From Escherichia phage vB_EcoM_I14.1, in sequence record PP892526.1: a stretch of 64,000 nucleotides of DNA, one strand, 5' to 3'. This document shows positions 1 to 9,203 of this stretch, piece by piece; within the stretch, counting starts at the first letter, position 1; the number at the start of each line of letters is the position of its first letter. Under the pieces are notes generated by a model, which saw only the letters and a program-made list of their open reading frames with translations, was not told the DNA's origin and searched no databases. Both the position numbers and the translations under genes were made by a program.

Positions 1-29
1 GCCCCCTTAACATTTTCTTAACAATTTCT

Positions 30-580
30 TAACAACCCCTACATAGTTATGCTTGTTAGCAACTTGTTAGCCCCTTGTTAAATCTCTGTTAAAACCACGT
101 AAAAGCCTTGTAAGAGTCTTTAGCATAGCCTTTAAAGCCCCTGTAAAGCCCTATAAATAGCTTTCTGTATAGTTGGGGTGTAATTACTAGGGAGAGACTA
201 AAAAGAGCTTATAAGGAGCTATAGAAAGCTTTTAAGAGGGCTATTTAAAAGGTCACTAAGAAAGGAAAGGGAACGATAAGAAAAGAGATAGTGACCATGT
301 TAATAGCTTGTTAAAAAGATTAAACACTTGTTAGGAACTTGTTAATTATCTTAACAAAATAACTCTTTAAAATTAACTTGTTAGCTCTTGTTAGTCATCT
401 GTTAAGATTCTATAAAGACCATGTAGCAACTGTTAAGAAACTGTTACACCCTTGTTAGTTCTGTTAAGAATCTGTTAAGACCTCTGAAGAGATGTTAAGA
501 GGTTGTAAGAACTGTTAAGAGATTGTTAAGGATATTTTAAAATTCTGCAAAGGGGATGTTACAGGGATGTTAAGGGCTAC
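30..580 (+). repeat. array of about 30 same-orientation short direct repeats, consensus YTTGTTAR / CTGTTAAGA, mostly 10-13 bp apart
   Basis: Repeated cttgttag / ctgttaaga / gatgttaaga read directly, e.g. 62-70, 376-385, 429-438, 460-480, 491-531; no ORF in region. Confidence 0.85.
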
Positions 581-719
581 CAAGCAGATATACATCCTAA
601 TCAGATATTTTTGAGTTCCTTCAAAGACCCTAAAAAATGACTTGATAGTCCTATTTTATAAAAATTTTAAAATTCTGAATAATTACCTAAACAGTCTTCT
701 AAAAATACAGGCATAAACA

Positions 720-1080
720 GGCTTATAAGATACCTTGTTAGTACCGTGTTAGTCCTTGTGAGATAAGGTCTGTAAAGATATTCCTGTTAAGTTTGTTAAA
801 ACAGTCTATATAGAGGCTTAGTAATACCTAGTGAACACCTATAGAGGGTAACATAGCTGACATAGAGATTAAGAGGTGTATAGGGGCTTCTAAGAGGGTG
901 TAGAGGTGTGGTTAAGGTGATTGTATAGGTTGCTAAGAAGGCTTGTTAGAGGGCTTGTTAGAGGGCTATTTAGAAGGTTTATACAGAGTGACTATTAAGA
1001 CCACTAGATAGATACTAAGATACTATATAGTACTATATAACTATATAGAGAGTAAGATTAAGGAGGTTGTTAAGAAGGGT
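720..1080 (+). repeat. second degenerate repeat zone (ccttgttag, taagagg, gcttgttagaggg tandem copy, tatag/ctata tracts)
   Basis: Direct reading; gcttgttagagggcttgttagagggct at 941-967. Confidence 0.6.
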
Positions 1081-1166
1081 AGATATTTTATTCACATATG
1101 ATGGTGACCCAGAGGTTGGGACAACCGATGAAATTTTATAAAAATTATAAATTTCGTAAAATTTAC

Positions 1167-1194
1167 TCAATAAAAAGCCCCCAATTAAGGAGGC
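1167..1194 (-). terminator. rho-independent terminator ending the leftward operon
   Basis: Minus-strand hairpin AGCCTCC-ttaatt-GGGGGCT followed by T-run, just downstream of the 1207 stop. Confidence 0.7.
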
Positions 1195-1206
1195 TCTTAA
1201 GATATT

Positions 1207-1755
1207 TTAAATCAGTGTTTCCAGAACTGTCTTCAGTGATGACTTGGTTGTCTGATAAAAATGAGTAAATCCATTGTTGTTATCGAACACCTGCATCATG
1301 ATATCATCTCCCTTGATTGGGTACACTCGGATATCATAGTGAAACCCATTAAAGACAGCAGAACCATTACAGAATGAACTAAAGTCATCTACTGAGATAT
1401 ACTCTTCATGTCCTGTGATTTTTATACAAACACCTTTACTCGGTCTCTTAGGATTGATATCTTCCATCACAGACATACTTTGTCCACCAAGAGATACCAT
1501 AGTGACCACTTTACGGTTCTTCTGTCTAAAGTACATCTTGACTTTCTGTAAAGTGTCTTCATAGAACGGATAAGACTTTTCTACAAAGATTCCTTCTAAC
1601 GGCTCTTTACCATTTTCAACTTCTCTGTAATGCCGTACTGCAAAGATAATTTGTTGGAACCAGTCAAAATTTTCTTCGGAGAGTCCTTCCCGAATATCAT
1701 TCCAGTCAAGGACTAGGTAGTTACCTTCAACTTCTTTTAAGTTATCTTTTTCCAT
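1207..1755 (-). CDS. hypothetical protein
   Basis: ORF 1207..1800; first codon is TTG, first ATG at 1755, which also removes the overlap with the upstream gene. Confidence 0.55.
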   Translation of the reverse strand: MEKDNLKEVEGNYLVLDWNDIREGLSEENFDWFQQIIFAVRHYREVENGKEPLEGIFVEKSYPFYEDTLQKVKMYFRQKNRKVVTMVSLGGQSMSVMEDINPKRPSKGVCIKITGHEEYISVDDFSSFCNGSAVFNGFHYDIRVYPIKGDDIMMQVFDNNNGFTHFYQTTKSSLKTVLETLI

Positions 1756-1768
1756 ATCTATCACACCA

Positions 1769-2233
1769 TTATCGTAAAACTTGGTAAGCTGGTACTGCAA
1801 ACTTGTTGCTATTGTTCCTAATAAGGTCTTCTTCTGTTACTAAGAATGTAATCCCACATAAGTGCGTATAGTGGCTGTCATACTCGAATATTTTAAGTAA
1901 GTATTTACCATCATGATAAACAGATTCTACTACACCTTTTGCAACAATCTTTCCAGTCTTGAAGTCTTTAAGAGGGTATGTATTACCAACTTTAGGGACT
2001 GTTTTCACTTCAGGTTCTTTTAGCTTCTCACCAGCTTCTACATCACCTAGTAAGTGAGAACTTTCAAATGCTACATATTGCATGTAAACTTCTGAGCATT
2101 CCCAGATAAAACAGTGTACAAGAACCTTAGCAGCATGTCTTGAGCAATTCAGCTTATCACAAATCTCTTTGTACATTTCGTCTTTAGATGAGTTGTCAAG
2201 CATTGCTTTTCGAACGACTTCTTTAATTTTCAT
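1769..2233 (-). CDS. hypothetical protein
   Basis: 154-aa ORF, ATG with GGAGAG upstream, same-strand operon. Confidence 0.6.
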   Translation of the reverse strand: MKIKEVVRKAMLDNSSKDEMYKEICDKLNCSRHAAKVLVHCFIWECSEVYMQYVAFESSHLLGDVEAGEKLKEPEVKTVPKVGNTYPLKDFKTGKIVAKGVVESVYHDGKYLLKIFEYDSHYTHLCGITFLVTEEDLIRNNSNKFAVPAYQVLR

Positions 2234-2651
2234 AAGCTCTCCGAATAACCCTATTAAGCATCTCTAAAGTCAGCTTTCCAGATTCTAAATGTGGCATAAT
2301 GAGCTTTAAAGCTTCTTCAACATCATGCACGACATCTATTATACCTTCTTCATAGGCTTCTACAAGGATATCTTTTACGTTTTGTGGGTTAACTTTTTGC
2401 GGTATCACTAGACGCATATCAAACTCATTTGCTTGAGGATGGTTCTTACCTTGCCAATAACCGTCTTTGTTAAAGCTGATGTAGTCACCGTGGTAAAAGT
2501 GTACACCATTAGCTTTAAACTTCTCCAGCACAAGGCATTGAATTGGGTATTGAGTATTCCACTCCCTGACTCCTATAACCTTCACTGTTGCGATGTACTC
2601 CTGTGTTTTTGCATCTATGATGTCAAGTTCTTGACCAGCTATGATTTGCAT
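2223..2651 (-). CDS. hypothetical protein
   Basis: 142-aa ORF in operon context. Confidence 0.6.
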   Translation of the reverse strand: MQIIAGQELDIIDAKTQEYIATVKVIGVREWNTQYPIQCLVLEKFKANGVHFYHGDYISFNKDGYWQGKNHPQANEFDMRLVIPQKVNPQNVKDILVEAYEEGIIDVVHDVEEALKLIMPHLESGKLTLEMLNRVIRRAYEN

Positions 2652-2705
2652 ATTCGCTACCTTATAAGTTCCTACAAAGGGGCTATCAAGTAACCCCCTA
2701 AGTTA

Positions 2706-2930
2706 TTACTCAGACTCTTCAGTCTTCTTATCAGATTTCTTACTAGTCTTCTTCTCAGCTTTCTGCTCAGGTTCCTTCTCAGAAGTTGCCTTGATAACCA
2801 TATCAAGAAGCTCTGATAAATCACTCTTCAGCAAAGTAACAGGCTGCTCATTGTAGAAGTTTTTGTCAAGATAAACTTTGAACTCTTCAATAGAAGGAAA
2901 TCCAAAAATTGGTACAGGTGTCTTAATCAT
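2706..2930 (-). CDS. hypothetical small protein with Lys/Glu-rich C-terminus
   Basis: 74-aa ORF. Confidence 0.5.
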   Translation of the reverse strand: MIKTPVPIFGFPSIEEFKVYLDKNFYNEQPVTLLKSDLSELLDMVIKATSEKEPEQKAEKKTSKKSDKKTEESE

Positions 2931-3006
2931 TACTTAGTTTCTCCATAAGCATCTTTCAAGATTGCCTTGTTAATCATTTCAGCGATTGCAAAACGAACAC
3001 ATACAG

Positions 3007-3510
3007 CTATAATTGTAGGTTGCATTCTTTACTTACCTCTTCAAGTTTAATCTCTGAGTCCTTAAGTCGTTTCTTATGAACTCTGAATCTCATTAGTGCG
3101 ATGATGATACCAACTAAAGGAACAGCATACAAGTACCAAACATCATATACTTTTGCGGTAACCTGTGTAATGGTCAAATCTTGAGCTATGGAACTGATTG
3201 CTGATACTGCCAGCAATGTTGCTAAGAAAAATGCCAGTACCATTACCGTACTTAAACAACCTCTGGCATGGTGTTCATGCTTAATGCACTTATTCTTTTC
3301 GTCAACAACCCTGTTATAGTCGTTTGTAAAGTCTCTGTAGAAAGCTTTCAAGTATTCTTTATTGTAGCCTTCAAAGCAACCTGTACCGTACCAATAATCA
3401 CCACCAAAATGTGCTATGATACCAGTGTCCCCATTCGGTTTAGTTACTCTCAAAGAGGTGTGATGACGAGTGTCTTGATAGTCTATTTTGTATCTTTCTT
3501 CGTAAATCAT
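3007..3510 (-). CDS. hypothetical membrane protein (two C-terminal hydrophobic helices)
   Basis: ORF 3007..3540; ATG at 3510 forms ATGA overlap with upstream stop; hydrophobic segments LAFFLATLLAVSAI and YAVPLVGIIIALM. Confidence 0.55.
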   Translation of the reverse strand: MIYEERYKIDYQDTRHHTSLRVTKPNGDTGIIAHFGGDYWYGTGCFEGYNKEYLKAFYRDFTNDYNRVVDEKNKCIKHEHHARGCLSTVMVLAFFLATLLAVSAISSIAQDLTITQVTAKVYDVWYLYAVPLVGIIIALMRFRVHKKRLKDSEIKLEEVSKECNLQL

Positions 3511-3725
3511 TTTCCAATCCCTCTCAATCGTTTGTTCCACTCAAGGTCAACAAGTCTTTGTAGGACTTTCCCTCTAGGTGCTACACCTCTTAAATCTGCA
3601 TCGTAACAATGGTAAAAGTCACCTTCAGCGTGTCTACCATAGCATTTTCTGATATTCTGACTCCTACGATACTGCTCTAACAGGGACAGTTTGTAGTAAT
3701 CTTCAACTGTAGTTAGTTTTTTCAT
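3507..3725 (-). CDS. hypothetical protein
   Basis: 72-aa ORF. Confidence 0.5.
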   Translation of the reverse strand: MKKLTTVEDYYKLSLLEQYRRSQNIRKCYGRHAEGDFYHCYDADLRGVAPRGKVLQRLVDLEWNKRLRGIGK

Positions 3726-3808
3726 TCTTTCACCACGAATCCTTTTAACAAACTAAAAAGGGAACTACCTCTCGATAGCTCCCATCATAGTTAACATTAT
3801 ATATTCGG

Positions 3809-4390
3809 TCAAGAGTATTTTTTAGGCAGTAATGCACTGCGCTTGTTACTCTCTTCACTCAATAGTGCGATAAATTCATCACCTTTCCCTTTCCACGGAC
3901 TGAATGTAGGGATGTGCTCTCGGATAGCCTCAATCACTGTTTTCAGGGCGTTGTTCTTTAACCACCAATCAGACACTGCCGAAGCTACAATGTAGTAAGC
4001 ACCATCATCTGTGAAGATTGGCTCAGAGATACATGGTGAAATCATAGTGGTAATGATAGAACCATTATTCATGTAGTATGTTCTTTTTTCAACCTTGTCA
4101 AGCAGTTTATGAAGGTCTGCAAAGAGACTTACCACCTCTTTATGGTCAATATCTTTTTCAAGATTTGCTCTATATTTTAATAGTGCAGCATCAACCTCTT
4201 TATCATTGAATTTGAAGTATTGGACTTCTTCATTCACACATACACTGATGTTGTTGGTGTTTATCGTCAATTTGCACAGTTTGACTGGAGAGTTAATGCT
4301 GGTCTGAAAAAGTGCTACACAGCCTTCTACATTCCCGAAATGTTTGACTAATGTAACTTCTGGTTGGATGTGCTCATGTTCTTCTGACAT
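3809..4390 (-). CDS. hypothetical protein
   Basis: 193-aa ORF. Confidence 0.6.
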   Translation of the reverse strand: MSEEHEHIQPEVTLVKHFGNVEGCVALFQTSINSPVKLCKLTINTNNISVCVNEEVQYFKFNDKEVDAALLKYRANLEKDIDHKEVVSLFADLHKLLDKVEKRTYYMNNGSIITTMISPCISEPIFTDDGAYYIVASAVSDWWLKNNALKTVIEAIREHIPTFSPWKGKGDEFIALLSEESNKRSALLPKKYS

Positions 4391-4737
4391 TATAGTTTCC
4401 TCATTAAATACTTTTTAAGTTGTGTGTTAGGTTTCTCAAAAACTTCTATAGAAGATATCTTGACAGATTCACCACGCATACCAGTGTGTTTGAAAATATA
4501 GTACTCCAACATACCTATGTATTTTGCTGGTAAGTCATACTTGACGTACACTGTTACAGAATCTTCAAATTCAACAACCTTTGTACCATCTTTGTAGTTA
4601 AACTCTTTAGGATGGTTGTAATTGTCGATGTCGTACATTAAAAAGAGTCTTTTCCGTTGCATGTCAAGCTTATTGGTTAAAGACTCTTTGATATCTGAGA
4701 AGTTTTTGTACACTGTGACATGGAGCTTACTCATCAT
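4390..4737 (-). CDS. hypothetical protein
   Basis: 115-aa ORF, start/stop coupled to neighbours. Confidence 0.6.
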   Translation of the reverse strand: MMSKLHVTVYKNFSDIKESLTNKLDMQRKRLFLMYDIDNYNHPKEFNYKDGTKVVEFEDSVTVYVKYDLPAKYIGMLEYYIFKHTGMRGESVKISSIEVFEKPNTQLKKYLMRKL

Positions 4738-5020
4738 TAAACTCTCTGACGAAGAAATAGTTGACTTTATTATTACCTACCATAAGGTCAAAGCAGGTAT
4801 TCTCAAAAGGTTTGTTGTAGGCATCATATGAAGTGTACGTATCAGCTACTTGTTTAGTATTGAGCTTTTTACTTGATGGATTTAAGAGGCCACCATACAG
4901 TTTCTTGATAGCCTCTTCTACAACAGACCAGATAATTTCGTCGGTAATTTCTTCGTACAGGTCAAGTTCACGCTCTAGTGAGAAGTCACAAATAGGGAAG
5001 ATAACCTGTACTTTGCTCAT
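4727..5020 (-). CDS. hypothetical protein
   Basis: 97-aa ORF. Confidence 0.55.
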   Translation of the reverse strand: MSKVQVIFPICDFSLERELDLYEEITDEIIWSVVEEAIKKLYGGLLNPSSKKLNTKQVADTYTSYDAYNKPFENTCFDLMVGNNKVNYFFVREFNDE

Positions 5021-5415
5021 TAACGAATAACCTGTGTGACTTGAATTGCTTCAGTTACGGACAAATCACCAACTTTCTCTTCTTTGATGAAAGTAAAGGT
5101 GAGTTCAACAGGTTCTTGCTCTTCTTGCTCAACTGGAATACCGTTAAGCTCATCAAAGATTGATTGGGTAGTCCAGTCTTCTCCACCATCTGGATAATGG
5201 ATGGCATAAAGAGGAAACTCTAAATTATACCAAGCAAAAACAGGACAACCATCTGCATCATCTCGGCATCTGTGGAGGTACGTATTTGTACCTTCAAAAT
5301 GCAAATGAAGATTGCCATTCTTCTCAAATAGAAGAGCATCTCGCAGGTCTAGTTCCTCATTTTCGCTGTAACGACTGACATCAACTTTAACGTGGATATG
5401 ACTGTTATTATTCAT
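5020..5415 (-). CDS. hypothetical protein
   Basis: 131-aa ORF. Confidence 0.6.
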   Translation of the reverse strand: MNNNSHIHVKVDVSRYSENEELDLRDALLFEKNGNLHLHFEGTNTYLHRCRDDADGCPVFAWYNLEFPLYAIHYPDGGEDWTTQSIFDELNGIPVEQEEQEPVELTFTFIKEEKVGDLSVTEAIQVTQVIR

Positions 5416-5806
5416 AAAAACCTCTCTCTGCTTGTTCGATTTTTGCTCTTAAAGTTTCGCAATGCTGTAAATGGTAGTTAGCTTCTTGTTCATGTGTTGC
5501 TAACTGCCTTTCAAGAACAGTTTTATAGTAACCTGCAAGTTGCTCTTTTGTCAATGGGTGCTCTGAAATAATATCAAGTCCACTTTCACCAAGAGGATTG
5601 AATTGTCCATGCTCATTGACATTGTAAGTCTCAAACTTGAACATACCATTGTTCACAGACTCAATAGGTGACAGTTCAACAAGCTCTACAGTAAACCGTG
5701 TATACACCTTGTCGCCTCTTGAAACTACATTGTTTCCGACAATGCGTACAAGCGAACCATTACGAGTATACTTAAAAGTCCCAAAGTCACTGGCCCAAAG
5801 CTTCAT
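5408..5806 (-). CDS. hypothetical protein
   Basis: 132-aa ORF. Confidence 0.6.
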   Translation of the reverse strand: MKLWASDFGTFKYTRNGSLVRIVGNNVVSRGDKVYTRFTVELVELSPIESVNNGMFKFETYNVNEHGQFNPLGESGLDIISEHPLTKEQLAGYYKTVLERQLATHEQEANYHLQHCETLRAKIEQAERGFYE

Positions 5807-5820
5807 AGTTTTCTCCTTAG

Positions 5821-5847
5821 AAAATAAAAAAGGCTCCCGAAGGAGCC
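5821..5847 (-). terminator. rho-independent terminator after endolysin gene
   Basis: GGCTCC-ttcg-GGAGCC hairpin plus T-run on minus strand. Confidence 0.75.
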
Positions 5848-5857
5848 TATGAAGATA

Positions 5858-6322
5858 TTACTTTGGATATATACTGTCAAGATAAATGTCAGCTTCCATT
5901 CTACGTCTGTTTTTCAAGCCGTTTGAAGTGACCTTCTTACCTTTGACTGTAATCTTGTTCCACCACTGCATAGCTTCTGCACAACCTACCTTATTACCAG
6001 CATTGTGGCGCTTGATAAATGTAGAATCCTGCATAGCTGTGATACCGATGTTGTATGTTTCACTTACAAGTGCATCGAACTCATTCTGAGAAGTTGTAAC
6101 CTTGATAGCTTTGTTCACTGCTGCAACAAACTTTTCAACATCTGCGAGAAGATACTGTTCAGCTTGTTCAGCCGTGATTTTCATACCCATCTTAACAGGT
6201 TTACCAGAAATACGGATTGTACCATACCCAATTGTTGGGATTCCGGCAGAGTCTTCGTAAGCCTCTAACTTCAGACCTTCAAAGAACTTAATAGCCTCTA
6301 AACCTTTTCTTGAGAGTTGCAT
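5858..6322 (-). CDS. endolysin, T4-type lysozyme (glycoside hydrolase family 24)
   Basis: N-terminal motif EGLKLEAYEDSAGIPTIGYGT (catalytic Glu/Asp/Thr pattern of phage lysozymes), 154 aa. Confidence 0.85.
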   Translation of the reverse strand: MQLSRKGLEAIKFFEGLKLEAYEDSAGIPTIGYGTIRISGKPVKMGMKITAEQAEQYLLADVEKFVAAVNKAIKVTTSQNEFDALVSETYNIGITAMQDSTFIKRHNAGNKVGCAEAMQWWNKITVKGKKVTSNGLKNRRRMEADIYLDSIYPK

Positions 6323-7206
6323 TATACCTCCCCTGCTGGGTTAACCGTAACTGTTGCCGCATTAGATGTCACAGAACCACCTGCACCAGTCACTACACAA
6401 GTGTAGCTTCCTGCATCAGCAGTGGTTGCACCTTCTTTGGTGTAAGTTGCAGTAGTTGCGTCTGGGATGACTTCCTCACCTTTCTTCCACTGGTAACCTG
6501 TTGCACCAGTTGCCACAACATTCAGCGTTAATGTCTCACCTTCAGTGATTTCTTGATTTGCTGGCTGTTGAGTGATAACTGGCAAAGCATTCACAGTTAC
6601 TGTTGCTGCATCTGAGGTAACACTTGTTCCACCATCTCCAGATACAACACAAGTGTATGAACCAGCGTCAGAAGGTGCTACGGATGGTTTTGTGTAAGTT
6701 GCAGAAGTGGCACTAGGGATGTCCTCACCATCTTTCTTCCACTGATAACCAGTGGCATTAGACGCAACAACACTCAGAGTAAGTGTTCCACCTTCATTGA
6801 CTGTTTGGTTTGTTGGTTGCTGAGTGATTGATGGTGGTGTGATGGCATCTTTCAACTTAGCATTCAGCATTGAGAAAGGTTTAACTCTTGCCAGCCATTC
6901 ACAATAAATTGTGTCAACATCTTTACCGTTGATGATTGCATACTGTAAATCCATGAAGAAATCAGCAGTTCTCATCTGTGCACCAACACTGTAAAGGAGT
7001 TCATCACTAAACGGAACTTTGTAGTCTGGTTTGTAGTCAAACTTCTTAACTTCTGCGATATCAGCTTCAGGCCAATATGAGCTATAGGTGAGTGGTAAAA
7101 TAGCTTCTTGATATGTTCTAAAATCATATCTCTTACCAGCCTTTACATTTGCGATGAAGCCCTTCACAAATTCTTTGAAGTCTGGGTAAGTCTTTGCTTT
7201 AATCAT
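6322..7206 (-). CDS. protein with two C-terminal Ig-like domains; N-terminal domain paralogous to the next gene
   Basis: Two ~85-aa tandem repeats (ITQQP..GYQWKK..AGSYTCVV..ATVTVN); N-terminus shares GKRY, WPE(A/E)DI, FMD(L/I)QY, LNA(K/R)L with 7203..7574. Confidence 0.7.
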   Translation of the reverse strand: MIKAKTYPDFKEFVKGFIANVKAGKRYDFRTYQEAILPLTYSSYWPEADIAEVKKFDYKPDYKVPFSDELLYSVGAQMRTADFFMDLQYAIINGKDVDTIYCEWLARVKPFSMLNAKLKDAITPPSITQQPTNQTVNEGGTLTLSVVASNATGYQWKKDGEDIPSATSATYTKPSVAPSDAGSYTCVVSGDGGTSVTSDAATVTVNALPVITQQPANQEITEGETLTLNVVATGATGYQWKKGEEVIPDATTATYTKEGATTADAGSYTCVVTGAGGSVTSNAATVTVNPAGEV

Positions 7207-7574
7207 TTCTTTTTAGCCTCTAAACGTGCGTTTAATCTAAAATAGCCTTTATGTTGTGGAGACACATCACTAACAACAATACCTTCAACCTTATAGCCCT
7301 TACCAATTACATACTGGATATCCATAAGAAACGTACCAAGCCCAACAATGTGGAACATTGGGTATAGTAACTTATCTGAATCTGGGAGTTTAATTTCTGG
7401 GTTATAGGTGTGTTGTTCGGAAGTTGGTGTAATATCCTCTTCAGGCCATTTACTCATTCTCCATGTTAAAGGTGATGCAATAACATCGTTGAGATTATAT
7501 CTTTCACCATTCTCCACGGAGTGGATATAGGATTGTAGGAAGCAGTAAAAGTCTTTTGCACTCTTAGCCTTCAT
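7203..7574 (-). CDS. hypothetical protein, paralog of the N-terminal domain of the Ig-like protein
   Basis: 123-aa ORF; shared motifs with 6322..7206. Confidence 0.65.
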   Translation of the reverse strand: MKAKSAKDFYCFLQSYIHSVENGERYNLNDVIASPLTWRMSKWPEEDITPTSEQHTYNPEIKLPDSDKLLYPMFHIVGLGTFLMDIQYVIGKGYKVEGIVVSDVSPQHKGYFRLNARLEAKKK

Positions 7575-7587
7575 TAAATATCCTTAT

Positions 7588-7613
7588 AAATAGATAAAGG
7601 GGCATCAGCCCCT
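7588..7613 (-). terminator. candidate terminator hairpin
   Basis: AGGGGC-tgat-GCCCCT followed by tttatctattt on minus strand. Confidence 0.5.
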
Positions 7614-7621
7614 GTTTATAC

Positions 7622-8212
7622 TTAAGCTTTGGTCTTAAGTAGGTTCTTAAGTTTTTTGAGATTCATGCTCTCGTCAAACTTAAAACCAAATCCATTGACA
7701 TAATCAATGAACTCGGATTTCTTACTAAGTGATAGTGCGTAGCTCATATCAAAGTTATTACTTGTTTCTGCGTCTGGACTAGAGTTCACATCAAATGAAA
7801 TTTCTGTAGGCTCTTGCTTGCTACTTCTCATATTATCAATCAACAGACAGGTATAGTTTGCTGGATAGAAGTTAACACTCCCATCAACATACCCATACTT
7901 ATTATTGTGAATAAGGCTGGAAAATACCTTAAGAAATGTTTCTGAGTCGTGGCATACAAGTTTGAATTGACTGCATTCTCCAAGAGCCACTAAAGAGTAA
8001 GGGCTTTCACTATCAATGTCATAGTTTGGGTTTGATGTTGTAACTGTCACACGCATCAGGTTATTGGCAATAGTCTTCTGCTTGAAAGAATTTGGAACAT
8101 AGTGAAGACCTCTATCACACTGATTAACTAACTCTTTCAATAGGTCATTTGCATATGGTGAATTAATTGATACAGAGCCATCACTATTATAATTAAAACT
8201 TACTGTTAACAT
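7622..8212 (-). CDS. hypothetical protein
   Basis: 196-aa ORF. Confidence 0.6.
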   Translation of the reverse strand: MLTVSFNYNSDGSVSINSPYANDLLKELVNQCDRGLHYVPNSFKQKTIANNLMRVTVTTSNPNYDIDSESPYSLVALGECSQFKLVCHDSETFLKVFSSLIHNNKYGYVDGSVNFYPANYTCLLIDNMRSSKQEPTEISFDVNSSPDAETSNNFDMSYALSLSKKSEFIDYVNGFGFKFDESMNLKKLKNLLKTKA

Positions 8213-8439
8213 TTTTCAGTTCTCCTGCGATTTATGATTTTGCTGCAATAGAGAAACGAAGTAAACTCACTGGAAGAAACCATCAAGTGCTGTTCACTAG
8301 ATTGAGCCATTGCCCTGAAATACATTCCAGTCAAAGCATCGTAGTGACTATTCTTTCCAATTGAGGTTATATAGCCATGACTCTTTGCAGTTTGATATAA
8401 ATCTATAATATCTGCGATTTCTAATTGGGAACTACACAT
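8206..8439 (-). CDS. hypothetical protein
   Basis: 77-aa ORF. Confidence 0.5.
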   Translation of the reverse strand: MCSSQLEIADIIDLYQTAKSHGYITSIGKNSHYDALTGMYFRAMAQSSEQHLMVSSSEFTSFLYCSKIINRRRTEKC

Positions 8440-8603
8440 AGATAATCCTCTTGTCTTCTGTAATTTTGAAAGAACAGGTACAGACCAATTTCAGAGGATG
8501 AATAGTAGAGTAACTCTACCCTTTTTGATTCCTTACAGTGATTGGTATTTTTACCTTTCTTCGGGTTGTTTGATTTTCTCATTAAGTCTCCTTTGTAGAA
8601 CAA
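8421..8603 (-). CDS. hypothetical protein
   Basis: 60-aa ORF, first gene of the leftward operon. Confidence 0.45.
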   Translation of the reverse strand: MFYKGDLMRKSNNPKKGKNTNHCKESKRVELLYYSSSEIGLYLFFQNYRRQEDYLCVVPN

Positions 8604-8678
8604 GGCAGACCTACAGCTTTAAGTAAGATGGTACAGTAATCCATACAACAAGTCAAGAACTATTGCAAGCTAAAAAAG

Positions 8679-8705
8679 TTGTTGACAAAGTACTTGACAA
8701 GGTGT
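8679..8705 (+). promoter_or_regulatory. conserved element GTTGACAA(A/T)GTACTTGACAAGGTGT (tandem TTGACAA) in a divergent intergenic region
   Basis: Near-identical 24-mer also at 51495-51520; both lie between divergently transcribed operons. Confidence 0.5.
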
Positions 8706-8831
8706 AGGCTTATAAATACTTAGAAGATAACTTAAAAGGTTCCTCTAAAAAGGCTATTTAAACAGATATCTTTCTGGATATCTATCTTTTATCTTAAAAG
8801 CCTTTTAAGAGGTCTTATAAGAGGCATACCA

Positions 8832-9203
8832 ATGAAAAACAGAACAAACAAAGGCCAGTTTAAAAAAGGCCAGTCTGGAAACCCATCTGGAAGACCAAAA
8901 GGCTCTCGTAACAAAAGCTCACTTGTAAAAGCTCAACTGACCATTGATAATTCTGCTGAGTTTGCTGCAAAGTTGTTTGAAGCGATTGTTACAAGGGACG
9001 CTGCTAAGCTTGCAGAGTTTGGTTTAAACACAGATGACGTAACCATCAAGAGCATGATTGAGGTCGGTAAAACTATCATGACTCACTCAGCAGGTGAGAT
9101 GAAAGCAATTGCAGCAGATACTAAGAAGACCCCTGATAATGGTGGTCAGTCACAGACAGATAACAAACCAACGTTCTCTGCTGTAGCGACTCTCAAAAAA
9201 TAA
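8832..9203 (+). CDS. hypothetical protein with N-terminal GNPSGRPKG motif
   Basis: 123-aa ORF with RBS; this basic motif is common in small phage proteins. Confidence 0.6.
   Translation: MKNRTNKGQFKKGQSGNPSGRPKGSRNKSSLVKAQLTIDNSAEFAAKLFEAIVTRDAAKLAEFGLNTDDVTIKSMIEVGKTIMTHSAGEMKAIAADTKKTPDNGGQSQTDNKPTFSAVATLKK

Noticed and set aside
8832-9203. Small terminase subunit assignment for the GNPSGRPKG protein
   Set aside because: The motif is suggestive but the gene is 8 kb from the large terminase and separated by the tRNA cluster; left as hypothetical
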